From Lingula anatina (Eukaryota; Animalia; Brachiopoda): a stretch of DNA of 64,000 nt. The stretch is taken from positions 18,932,534 to 18,996,533 of the forward strand of contig CM120644.1 in assembly GCA_051362555.1 (NCBI GenBank), written 5' to 3'. Positions 25,691-38,760 of this stretch are shown in pieces. Position numbers and translations under genes: made by a program. The notes beneath the pieces were generated by a model. It was not told the DNA's origin. It searched no databases and saw nothing but the letters and a program-made list of their open reading frames with translations. The stretch's first letter is position 1. Each line of letters begins with the position of its first letter.

Positions 25691-28600
25691 TTGGAATTTT
25701 ACATGTTCGGGGAGAAAATTATAGTAATTGTGTTTGAAGTTTGTTTATTAGACTGTCATTCATAGTCGTGTGAGCTTGACAGCTTCCTTCAAAGTTGAAT
25801 TAGCCTGTTTGAATTTGATCCATACCTGTCTATAACAATGCTACATGCCGTAACATTCTGGAGGTAGGGGGCATTTTATTTGCCTTTTTTGCAGCGCGTT
25901 AAAAAATGTCGGGTTCTTTATTTCAACCGAGAGACTACATGAAAATTAACAACGTGAAAGAGTCCCGGGTTCTTTCACAGGCGTTTTTAATTGTACTAAA
26001 AATCAGTTGTCATTCCTTTTCTGGATATGATGTAACATGAATTAACGTTGATGTCGATGTTTGTTGCTCCATAATCCTTTCTTTGGTGCTCGTTCGAAAT
26101 CGGAACTTCGTATACGAACTGAACATATTATTTCAACCGTACTCATGTTCTTTTACACCCAAAAAAATGCCGAGATAATGATGTTAGTGGCCAGGTAAAA
26201 TTAAAAACTACCGGTTTTGTTCGTTCTTTATAAAGGGCCGGGGCAATAAGTAGCCCATCGCCGTATATTGACAGGAGCGTGCGTGAAAACTGTTGTTTTA
26301 AAATAAACTTCACAATTAAAACTGCCAAATTAAAATTGAAAACAATTTTATGCAAAGCGTTAACAATTTTTCAAGCTTTAATCTGCGATATATTGCTAGT
26401 ACTTCATAAGTATAAAAAAACTCCAGATTTCAATAACGTGTGAAAATTAATAAACTAATAGTGGAATAAGTTTAATCAAAGAATTGAAATTTTTGGTTTA
26501 ATTTATTGAAGTTGTTCGTTCAATATTTTATACTGTAGGCTATTTCATCAGATTGGTAAAAACTTATCTTTTCACTATACATAAAATGGTTGCCACGCCC
26601 TATAAGATTTAATATTTGATCGAATATATACTTGAAACATACTTTTTTATCTAATGAATTTTATTCTATTTTTAAGTAACAACAAAATTAATTCAGCATC
26701 AACAACAGCATCTTTGTTTTGTCTCATCTAGCACATTCTATGAATTTTTAGTCCGAAAGCGCATATTATAATGTAATAGTGACATTCCTCTCTCTCATTC
26801 AAAAAATTGTCTGCGAGGCAACTTCATATCTTGGCTTTCTTTGTCCCAAATTTGCCCTTAGAAATACCCACATATACTGACTGAGCTTACTAAAGCCCCG
26901 ATTTAAGGGTCATTCACAAGTAAACTCAGTACCGAAATAACTTTATTTTTCTCTTTAAATTGAACACCATTTCAACGGGCACCCGTCTCCATGGTGTACA
27001 TTACCAATGCAATCTATATACGGAAATGGTCACTGGACAAATAAAATGGAAACTGAGCCGGTGCTCGATTCAAATTAAATGTTTGCCAAATTAACATGAT
27101 ATTTTAAACTTTTATTTTCTAAAAATTCAATTTCAGTGGGATGTAATTCCAACACGGCACAGTTATGTATATTTAACATTTGATATCACAGCCGTTGTGG
27201 AAAAATTCAGAATTTCTTTTATGTTTTTGCCACTATGATTTCAGCACCTCTCAGGGATGGGGGCATGATTGCTCGGTATTATACAACAAATTCTAAAGTT
27301 GAAATCGAGGCTACCGTACGGAAGGTGGTCAGGCATATATTATTATGTAATCTAGGTGAGTATTTTGGTGAGAGGTGTTCAGAAAGGACCGAGGTCAGTA
27401 GAAGATGGCGAAGAAAGCCATGTGTCTCATTGCCACAGTTTCCGCGAAATGGTCGAAAATCTGGGACTGAAATTGGCATCGATCTGTTGTAAGTACTGTA
27501 TAGATAACGGAAAATAGCATTTGTTATTTAGCGTTAATGATATTTGTCAAAAAATTGTGAAATTTGCACGTAAGGCATCATGGGGACATTTTGTCTTGAC
27601 GTCAACAAAATTTTCACTAAAAAGTCAAAATTCAACTTGACGTTTAAACCTGGCGTTCATTTTCTGTGATTATTTTCAGATGCAATGCATTTGCCAGAAA
27701 ACAGGTAGTGAGAGTTTTGCTCCAGCTGCGAACTCGTCTTCCACCTTAAACGATGTGAGGACATTTTGGCAGGTAACTACATTAGTAGGTCCTGATTTGT
27801 TTTTAAAATATCCAAAATCCATCTCAGGAAATTCCTACCCGCCAACGTGTACATGTCGTGAATATGTTGTTCTTTTTTTCTAAGATCTCGTAAATTTGTT
27901 TTTACTACACTCCTGTCATATGTTTATTTCTAAAATTTCACTTCCGCGGTGTTTTACGTTATCCGAGCCCCTGTATCTTTTTCTAGATCCCTGAAATATA
28001 ATTCTAAAGACACAGAATGTTGTCACGTTACAGTGTGTACACGGTGTAAAAGAACAGAAATGATATTGTTTGAAAGTGCATGATTACATAGCACGTGGCA
28101 GCTCCGTATATATATTCGTATAATTTAAAAGTTGAAAAGCGATTTGTTGAATATTACTATAAAATTAAAAACTGCTTTATGAAACCAACACATAGACATA
28201 GTTTTGTAAAGTGTTTTTTTTATTTCAGTGACTCAACCGTGCACGAGAAGATAGAATACGTTCTACATCAATGACGTCAGACTCGTGTTCCACAGCGGCT
28301 GCATCCATGTCAAGATTACATGTCGCATGTCAGAGTTCGTCTTCTAGTAAATTTGCAGGGTTGAAACTTAATATGAAGTGTAATGTTTACTTTGGGTTGT
28401 GATTCGGCTGTAGTTATTGTCAAACTATTACAAAGTAGTGTTCAGGAAGAGTACTTTGCTACACGTACATGTAGTAGTGGTTTATTTCCGTGTAGGTGTG
28501 GAAACATAAACGACAAGCACATGTAGGACGACCGGTTTTCTTTTTGATAGTAACATTTTTGTGAGGACAAATCTGCAATTTGGCGCTTCTCCGTGAACAA

Positions 28601-30582
28601 TTATTTATTTAAAATTGAATACTAGTATTAATTTTGGTGATGTTTAGTTTTGGAAAGAAAGAAAACATTCCAACCGTGTAAAATGCATTTTTGGAAGTCT
28701 TTGGAAGTTATTGTTATATTGTTATATTGTCAAGTTATATTGTCAAGTACGCGCCATATTTGATCCACGGACTAGATAGACGGTGGTTCAACTGGTTGTG
28801 AACTCGGTCTAATGCTTTAGTTGCAGTGTGCGTTCAGTTGTTCTTCGGAAGAAAAAAAAAGAGCGGGATGTGCATCCACCAAAAATCAATAAATCGCTGT
28901 AATTTGAATAATTATGCTTCAGAAATTGCAGCATTATCAAACTGGCAGAATGTGTCATTAGTATTGCAGAACTGTCCACATGTATTAAAACGATCTTTCT
29001 TAAGTTTGAATATGCGATTGTGACGCATATAATATAAACTTCGTGTTTCAATGAGGGGAGGGGTCAAAAGTCACCCTGGTTTAAGAAACGAAACCAAGGA
29101 GTTGGAATTTTCCCGAAATTAATGTGCATTTGTTATTGCACGAGAGGTAGGTTACAAAGAAAAATCGTTGTGTTACAGAAAATATTTTATTTCGGAACAT
29201 TTTCTACATTAATGGGTCTATATAGGACTGACATTCATCAGAAACTTTCACATTCTGAATTTTCGACAAATTCTTGACAAAGTCAAATCAACCAATTTAG
29301 CTGTCACAAAGCCGATTTTTTAGAATAATGAGTACTTGATGAGTTTTTAAGACTGCCAATTTCTGCCAATACTCCCAAAATAGAATGTGATGCAATTTAA
29401 AGCGAAATTTATAGCAAGGGATGAAAAACTAAAGAAACATTTTTCGTAAATTTACTTAGATTTTGGCTAGCAGTGATTTAGCCAAATGTTTGAAAATTCT
29501 TTTTAAAATATCCAAAGGTTGGCATTGTACTTGGTATTTTTGTAGTTTATTCTTTGGTAGAGATCAAAGGGTGATTAAAGAATAACTTTTGATATGTTAG
29601 TCCTGCATGTCCTGTTGAATTATAATGCCGCTAGATCACTTAGTACCGGAGACCAGTCTTAAGTTTATTAGCATTGTCTTAGTAAGTGTGGATTTCAAGT
29701 AAACTGATATTTACGTATTCTTTTCCGTTTTCTTTGAAATGGCTATGGTTGAAATAAGCTTTTTAGTTGGTCATGTCATGTGACGTTTCTGATTCGCATG
29801 CTGTATATGTATAAATTTCAGTTTTCGCTCAAAGTTGTGCCATGAAGTACATATTTTTGGAATTAAGAAAATACGTTGATTTTGGACATGACAATATTTA
29901 TCGATGAACTAAACAACCAGGAATCTTACATAATTTGATTATATTTGAACACCAATTTTTGTTTTATGTGCGAGTATCAGCAAGACGCCATAGTGCTTGC
30001 ATGTGGGTACATGTGTCGGGATAGGATGAGGTTATATGCATATTGAATTTTCTATACCGTTAACACCAGTGAATTTAGACAGACGTTATTATTATTTTTT
30101 TGTAATCTTTTGGTTAATTTTCCAGTTTGCCTGTAAATTTTGACAAAAACCTATAAATTCTACCTTCTTGTTGGTATTATGTCTATCATAGTATTCCTGA
30201 ACTCCTTTATAAATTAAGGCTACGTCGGTCAAGTAAAAATTTTCCAATATGCATAGAATCTCGCCGTGTTGTACACTAGTTAGCTACAGAACCATTTTTG
30301 TATGTAAAAGCGTAATTTACATGTCATAGTACGTTTTATGAAATTGCCATTAATGTAGAAGCAAAAGATATTCCAAGTTTTGTAATATTTTTGAAAACAA
30401 TGCTGTTACTTTTTGTATTAATTTATGCAATAATAAATGTGCTATATTGTTTTATGAACAAAACAGAAGTTATTTTTCTTAACTACAGAACTATCGACTC
30501 CTTGCTATTCTGTGTTCGTAGCACTGTTTTGTAGTAGTTGAAATTGTTTATTTTGGTTTATTTTTGCAAAAGGTAATTTGCT

Positions 30583-30663
30583 GGGACCCAGCACCGCCAG
30601 GAATCGAACCTGTAACCTTCTGTCTGAGAGGCAAGCGCGTTACCTACTCCTCTAACTGTTCCC
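30583..30663 (-). ncRNA. tRNA-related Pol III unit (SINE head, tRNA pseudogene or small RNA)
   Basis: Perfect B box GGTTCGATTCC in a T-arm, degenerate A box, complementary ends GGGA...TCCC, TTTT 12 nt downstream; no canonical acceptor stem. Confidence 0.6.
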
Positions 30664-31695
30664 ACCCACCCTCCCCAGGTAGACTTTCTTCTTATAGTAA
30701 CCAAAGGAATTTTTTTTAAAAGTCCTTTGGAAAATACTCAGTGGTATCCAAGTACGCGAGCAGGAAATTGAACCCAACCCGTGGGTACCAATGAACATGA
30801 AAATACTACAACGCACTGAATTATTTTGGTATTTCTTTATTAAGACCAACACAAAATTCCATTTCATATATGCATGCATATTGAACCATCTTAAAACATT
30901 GATTTGTGAGACTATATTTCTGAAAAATCTTAAGTTTTGAAGTTGGAATATAAAGATATACACAAAGTCATTGATATCTGCATTAGAACTCACACAAAAA
31001 TCTAACAAATTCAATCTATATGATTTGACAAAAATGAAATTATCAACTAAACTAGCCGTGTTTGACCTCATTTATATTAAAGAGAATATTTCAGAATAAA
31101 ACTTTTTCCTTTAAAAAACAACGCCGGATCTGGTATCCATCCCACCTTTAACATCAGAAAAATCGAGAAGGAAACCCACTCTGGACTAACATTATCAAGT
31201 ACACATAATGCTACAAATTACCTAGAATTTCACAATTTAACCACATTTAAATGTTTCGGATCCGACGTTGATTTTTTCTGTTTCTAACCATACGATATAA
31301 TAAGAATTATTTCAATACTTAAATACCTAAATCATGAGCAATTCTACAACTCTTGTGACAAATGTTTTGCAATGAACTGAACAAAAATTAATTTCACATA
31401 GCACATGTAGAGAGAAAACATTTTTGCACCTACTGATCGATCTAATAACAGAAAGTAAGTTTTTCAAAGGTGAGCCGATTTAGAAAAATGGTATCAATAA
31501 TTCTTTCGTCTTTACACAGAATCTAGATTTTTTTAAGAGACATCTTTCAGTTACATTTTACGAAAGTCATAGTGTACATACTACGAACCTAGACATCAGA
31601 AAATTGGTTCATTAACAAGAACAAGCTTATGAAATTAAGTTTTCTAATCTCTTCTCTGAGCGTTTAAAGTAAAGCAAAGGCACATACCCCCCCCC

Positions 31696-31728
<33 letters not shown>

Positions 31729-33495
31729 TAGTGAGTGCTGGTCCCATATGTAGCTTATATTTAATTTTCCTAGAAATTTCAACAATAAATCACCAAGGCA
31801 TACAATAACTAGAACAGTTAACAGCGATTCGACCCATAAAGTCATTAAATTGAAAAAATATATATATAAATTAGCAATAAGTCACCAAGGTACAAGATAT
31901 CCAGAACAGTTCAAAGCAATAAGATCCATAAAGTCATTTAATTTTCTTAGAAATTTTAACAACAAATCATCAAGGTGCAAGGTATACGGTATCGAAAACA
32001 GTTTATAGCATTGCGATTCATAAATTCGTTTATAGATTCAAAAAAGTCCCTCTCGTACTGAAAATAGACAAAGGCCAATTTTACTTATGGCGGCAACATT
32101 TTGAAATTTACAACTCAAAACGTGTTATTATCTATTGTAAACCGCACTTGGAAGTAACAGAGTACGGCATATAACAACTTGACTTTTTAAAACTTTTATG
32201 CATCGTGCTTTTGTCCTCGGTGTTGGATAAGAGAGTGCTTTGGTGATAAAGGGAAATTGTTGAATTTCTCAGGATGTTATTTTCTAGGTAAAGGTGTAAC
32301 GCGCACTATATGCCTTTGAATTAAAATTAAAACCCATGTTTTTGAAGAGAGTGATATTATTTTATATGCTGAACTCAAAATAGTTAAGAACAAGAAATGA
32401 AAAATTGAAGCCAGCAAAAAATATTATTTAATGTAACATTCCCATTTGTCATAAATTTTTATTGGATTATGGATAAAAGAACACATTTTTAAAAAGTATA
32501 GCCCACAAGACATTAGCAAAAGCAATATTATTCAATGTAATATTACCAATATGTAAATAAATTTAAACTAGACAAATCAGAAGAATATTATCAGCTGTTT
32601 TATCTTATAAGAATGAAGTAACTTTCTTCAATCAACAGCTTAATAATGTTGAAAGCATGCAATGAGGCTATCCCGGTGAGTAATGATGAATGTTCTGTTA
32701 AACATCGAAATATTGGAGGTAAAGGTAAACTATTTTAATATTGAGCTGTTGATTGAAGAAAGTTACTTTACTCTTTACTGGATAGTGGAAAATATTTTCT
32801 TAAAGATATTTGCAAACAAGTTTTATGACTACCTATTTTCCTACATATACTATCTCTCGCCTCCGCAAAAAGATTGATAAAAATGACGCGCGCAAAACAT
32901 TTACTCCTACGACTATATCTACTAACGCAGTTCAATTAACATGAAGTGCATATAAGATGTGAAGAGCTTGCGAAAATGTGGAGGAAGCAAAACGGGGAAA
33001 ATATTGGGGTATTTCCAAACTTGTTTTAAACATTCAGGCATCAAAAATGAATCACAAATAAGTTATCATCAAATACCTAACATTAATATCTTACAACGTT
33101 GTACGAAATCGGTAGAAACTGATATTTTCGTATACTTAGTATCTGGACCGCCTCGCATCCACTCCCTGGTCACTCAGAACTGATGAAGACGTGACATCTC
33201 TTTCTGGAGTGTTGGTTACATATGATTTATGGGGGAGGAGGCAGGATATTTTGGACACATTGTTTACTCAATTATCATTATTATCTGATAGGTGAACCTT
33301 CATTGACAATTTATTGCAATAAAAATACATAGGACGCATTTGTATAAGATGTAATTCAAAACACGCCATTGATAATAGTAATCTCATACCCTAACACCCC
33401 CCACAATGAAACATTATTTACGTCACTGGTTATGATCAAATACACGTTTTTATCTGAACAGAGTTTAGTATATGTGACCACCTGACCGTACTATG

Positions 33496-33509
33496 GCGCC
33501 ATCTGCTGG
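33496..33509 (-). promoter_or_regulatory. CTCF-consensus motif
   Basis: CCAGCAGATGGCGC matches the core CCASYAGRKGGCRS; motif match only. Confidence 0.4.
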
Positions 33510-34347
33510 AATCAGCAGACTAAAACTTTATAAACTTTAAAGCATGTGATCATATCTGAATGTGCGATGTTGTAGTCTTCATTCACCTTCACAATGACAG
33601 ATAAACTTGCAAATATATGTCTGTGTGCGTGCGTGGAACCTGGTCATGATAACGAAGGCGTTTATTAAATCATTCAAGATTTTTTACAGAATTTTAGCCA
33701 GTGACAGGAAAGGAGGATTGATTAATTAAAGAAAAATACCACTTATCCCAGGAAAATCAGTGCAATAATTTAACACGTCAGCGCAAACGCCGTGAAAATA
33801 CGCTAATATTTTGCCGAAGGATTTTATTCAAACTGATGTTTTTCACTTTGCATCATACAACCAGTTAAGCATAACAATGGAGTGTCATGCACAAGTTATA
33901 ACAGTTATATTCTACCTCCCCAATATCCTCCTGTCATTTCATGCTGTCAATATTGACATATACAAGATTTCAACATATATCATACATCACATGATTCTTT
34001 CACATAAAGCACTTGAATAACATATTTTATGTAATGAAAGAAATGAAATTCCATTCGTATCAAATATTTTTTCTTCGGGAGTTGATATTTCAAATTGTTA
34101 TGCCCCCGCCTGGCGTTTAGTAGAATACAGAAAAGGTGGTAATTATACGAGAAAGTTTGAAACAAGAGGAGGTGTGTTAATCTGTTAAACTGATTGCATT
34201 CAGCAGAGTTGGATTGATCTACATAGAACGATATGGAATGAAACCTTAAATTCATTAAAATGTATCTTATTATTATTATTATTGTAGTGCCCTGAATATT
34301 TTATCTAGAACTTCAACCCACTGGGTTATCAATATCTTATCAATAAA

Positions 34348-35190
34348 TGTAACGGGGACGGTTGTTTGGCGTGTGCGCGAGGTTCGCAAGAATGAAACAA
34401 CAGTATATGATAGGTTTCCCTATTAATACAGTTTATTTCTCAAACCCGTTACATACATACAGGGACATCTAGCTTAGGCAAAGCACAGCGCTACGGTAAG
34501 ACGGTGACCCAGTCGTTCCCTCGATCTTGACTCTGATTGACCCGGCCGTCCTCGGTCCTCAGTCTCCCTCTCGTGCTCTCATTGTTGCTGGTCACTCTGA
34601 CCTTAATTCCCTGCTCTGACGTCCCTGGGCGTTCGTCTCTTGTGTTGAAATCAGGACGCCCCTTTATACTGAATTTGAGGGTGAGGTGACTGTTTACCGT
34701 GCCTGATGGTGACAGGATAATTCAGCTATGGTGCTTGATGGTGTCAGTGTAATTCTCCTTATATAAACAGTTTCTAGTTACGCCGGCTACTTGGCCTTGA
34801 ACTTCTACTCTATATTATGCACGTTGATAAAACAAAACTTTCACCCGGAATTGAAAATTAATAAACATAATACTGGGCGCTTACTATAATATATGTGCGG
34901 CCCTTCGAAAATATATTCTTATGAGGTTCAATGGTCACATTTGTATCTCCAGTTAAGGTAGCACCGTCCAACACCGACTTTCAACATAGATTAAGATTTC
35001 TCTGTACCTTTGAGAGATTAAAGGATAATCACTTGGAATTGCTCTTGTAGAAAATCTGAGATAGAGATAGAGATGACAGCGGTGTGACTAATATATTCAC
35101 AGAAAGCCAGGTGTGGCATTGGCCTATTACACAGAAGTTTAAATTACTAAATGTTACGTAAAGGCTCATTTTGCTACCAACTGCGTTACA
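34348..35190 (-). mobile_element. 3' LTR of a gypsy-like element
   Basis: TGTAAC...GTTACA termini; minus-strand TATA (GTATAAAGG near 34665) and AATAAA (near 34435) in the correct order; lies downstream of env; inner boundary less certain because the PPT is atypical. Confidence 0.7.
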
Positions 35191-35511
35191 TGTCCGTCGG
35201 GCCTTAGAAGATTTTGCTCCTGCAAAAGTAACTAGTAATAACTAAACCTAAGATATGTAAAAAAACAAAAAAAAAAAAAAAAACAAAAAAAAAAAAAAAA
35301 AAAAAACAAAAAAAAAAACACACACATACACACACAACACCAGGTGATATCTTCAGACGTAATTTTTCTTTACTTGACCAAAAGGGGAATTGGAGGCATT
35401 CCTTTCTCTCTCTCTTTTTTCTTTTTGCTATCTTAAAGTTCCGCTTATGCTTCTTCCATGTCGGAGTCATCATCAGAAAGGCCCGCTGGGCGAACGTTAG
35501 GCTCCGGCCTC

Positions 35512-36172
35512 TTAGGTCCCCCATTCGGTCTGGCCCATCTGCTTCTGGGACGACGCACCGTCGCTAATCATGTCATCTTCAGACGGGACAAGGAGAGGGT
35601 CGTCTCGAGTTCCCCTGGGTATGCGTCTCATAGCTGCAGCAGGAAGTCTTGCCGGGGGTGGTGAAGGTGGGAAACGCAGGGCGGCGGCCAACACGTCCCT
35701 ACACTGAAGGGCTACTTCCTCCGGGTCCCTGGAACCGAACCACGAAGGAACCAAAGAACGCGGGCGTACGATGACCACGTCCCGCATTAAAGAAGCCGCC
35801 CTCATTAGTTGCCGTTAAGGCGCACGGAGGGTAGAATAACCACCCTCGCCTTCTGCCGAGTAGTTGGTGCAGCCATCGTCCCTAGTGCCCTGAACAGCAG
35901 ATGAAGGAGATAGCCTATACCTCCGAGGTCAGGTTGGGCGAGGTGACCATCCAACCATATAGAATCAGTAGTGTTGGAGCAATCGCTCTAATGGCTGGCA
36001 GCGCCTCTTCCAGAGTGGTGTTGCATACCGGTGTTGCCTGGTGCCCTTGAATGATGGTACCTCGAGGAACCCACGGGGAGTCCTTTCTTTGGCGCAGGGA
36101 ATCAAAAGGTCTAGTGACGTTGTCTGATGACATAACGAGAACATTCATGATGTTGTCTTGGTGGTGGTCCAA
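35512..36172 (-). pseudogene. Disrupted accessory ORF between env and the 3' LTR
   Basis: GC-rich coding-like stretch, ORFs 35915-36172 and 35512-35805 on the same strand as env. Confidence 0.5.
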
Positions 36173-36949
36173 AGCAGAGTGGATGAAGTGGTCGTCGAAG
36201 GAGGCCGACTTTATAGAGGTGTTGGAATGAAGGGAATGAGGGGATGATTAGGTGCTGGGCAAAAAGGAAGTGGAATACGTCTGAAGATTTCACTGTATGA
36301 TATTACGTGGCAACAGATAATGAAGATGTCTGCGAGCGATAATAGAATAAGCAATTCTCGACTATACAGTATGATTTCTGAACAATTACATAGAACTGAT
36401 ATACATGTACCTGCATCGATATGACCTGTGAAAGTATCATGAATGTCAACTAGATAGACAGCTATTTGAAAAAAGGAAAATATACATATAAAGCAGTTAA
36501 AATACAAATAAGAATAAACGTGTAGTAACAAATTCAAAGTAAAGGTAAATGATTAACCTGTATCAAAAGCGATGGCTCTTTTACAGGGACTAAGACGATG
36601 CTATCAAAACACTGATAAGATATCGCACCGGACGTCGAGTGTAACATCGTACCTATGAATAATTATAGAGAGCTGAATAAAATACGGTCACTAGGATAAA
36701 ATGGATAGTAAACGATATTATTACCATAACCCTTACAATTTTACCGCATAATACTATCTTATAACGAAAATTATTATTAAAGTAGTATACAAATAAGTTC
36801 ACTGCTAAAAATAATTGATATATTTTGAGTTATTATTAAGAAATGAATACTCCAGTATGAAGTTGATTATATATGTCTATCCCTAAAAATAAAATGTCAA
36901 AACATTAAACATAACAATGGAGTGAGTTTCATTCAAGATTTCTGTCCTG

Positions 36950-38760
36950 AAATTCTCAAATCAATGCATGAACAGTGTCGCAAGAGTTCGGCTTTTTGGA
37001 GGAAGTATATCAAACGAAAACTTCAACAGGCATGATATCGAGCTTGTAAAGCCAACTACACTACGGAGTGTGCAAAGAAAGGCTGATCATGAGCAAACAT
37101 CTTTTTCAACTTATACGTTTGGCAGTATTTTAAGGAAATCGGATTGAAAAGAGTGATTGAATGATCAATTTCGTCATTAGAGAGACAGATACCGTTCCAA
37201 TTTATGTGCAACATGAGATAAATACAAACATGGATCTCAAAATTATCGAATAATGTGGGTGTGTGGGCTTTCCAGGCCGTTACACTACCCTGAATGTGCA
37301 TAACAGGCAAAACAACAGCATGTTGAAATCTGTAAGGTCGTCAGGGGACTGTCGGGAAATGTGTCTGCTATCACATGGTAGACTGGTTGCTTCCGTTTTA
37401 CCGCAGATATGATGCGTTTGAAATTTAAATGGTCAGTCCGTTCGGAGGAGATGATAGAATCAATTTTATTGTGAAGAATCTTGATTTTCGGAATGGTTAA
37501 GGAAGGAGGCTTAGATAACAAGGTATCTCCCATGAGATCGTTAATGCGCTCTTCCGCAAACAAGTGTTGTAGAGCAATGAGGTTAAAGGGGTATTTGACG
37601 GTCTCATCAAAAGAAAATTATGACAATTATATAAACGTTCCGGAAAATAAGCTATCTTAGTATTAATTGTGCAGTGACAGTGTAGGTGCACGACACAATG
37701 ATGACAATTGAAGATATGGGACGTCTTGGTATGGGAGCATTATGACGTCCACGTTGGTGAATAATATGGTGTCTTTGGTAATGAAGTGTGCGGAAGAGGA
37801 AACGGCACTCTGTTGAAATGTAAAATACGCCCTAATATTTTTGGGCGTAAGTTCAGGAAAAGACTACTAACACAGCTCTCAATACTAACAGGAATTAAAA
37901 TAGAATATTGTGGACAAGATTTGAGGAATGTGCCTCGACATAAAGACCAGCCTGTATGCGTGAGGATGGAATAATGAGTTTCATCATCGGAAATTGGCAA
38001 AAATGGATTGTAGTTTGATAAAAGTACCATGAAGACACTTGCGCTGGAGAGGGACCGGATATGTGGTGACTGAGTGTGCGGTGAGCGAATGAGGGTAAGT
38101 CGTTATGGGGAATTTTAGTCTAATGAAGAGTGACTGATTGTGAAAGGCAGTGACGAAAATGTAGAAATTTGTAGTGGTGTGAATCAAAGTTGAAGTCGGA
38201 GCTTGGTCCTTGAGTTTTGACTGAATAAAAGTTATAGTTTCTTGTATAAGTTTTGGAGTTAAAATCAACGGACTCAATATACCCTGCGCTAACTGTTTGA
38301 TACTTAACAATAGAGAATATAACTGAATTGCTGTTATTCATGCGATTGTAAATTGTACATAATTGCTGCCAAATTTTGTGATACTTCCGTCGCTATTATT
38401 CTCGTTTCATTGTAAAGTGCTTCAGAGATATCTATCGCCTTGTCTACCTTATCATCTAAGAGAGACAATAGCGATTCATAATTGGAATTACATGTAGTTG
38501 AAGACAGTTGAGTAATAAGCTTTTGCTGATTTTCTGCATTTGGGCTACGTGAGATGCTAAATTTTTTAGGTCTTTATTGCTGGCGGTGCCAAAAATTGAT
38601 TAACTGATTTCAGCAACGAATGGAAATATGCTGCGTCTAGATCTAGATTTTGCCCAAATTTTCTCCACATTTAAATTCGAAAGTAGAGAGTCGATTACTT
38701 GGGACATACAGTAACATGCATTGATTTCATAACGTCGCTTTGGATGCTTCTAGCCGTCTT
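36950..38760 (-). pseudogene. env: Degenerate F-type (errantivirus/baculovirus-F-like) envelope gene
   Basis: Furin site plus fusion peptide KSRSRR/SIFPFVAEIS*SIFGTASNKD at ~38570-38650; LAQGILSPLILTPKLI; LFIRLKFPI; Cys-rich ESCVSSLF and NCHHCVVHLHCHCTI; many frameshifts. Confidence 0.82.

Noticed and set aside
31687-31728. Long poly-C/poly-G runs (also ~1691, 41340, 41850, 41920) as functional G-quadruplex elements
   Set aside because: Common homopolymers in this sequence, with unreliable length and no independent support
34348-34454. 107-bp segment bounded by TGTAACGGG/CCCGTTACA as a solo mini-LTR
   Set aside because: The TATA box and further LTR-like sequence extend beyond it, so it is better read as the end of the larger LTR
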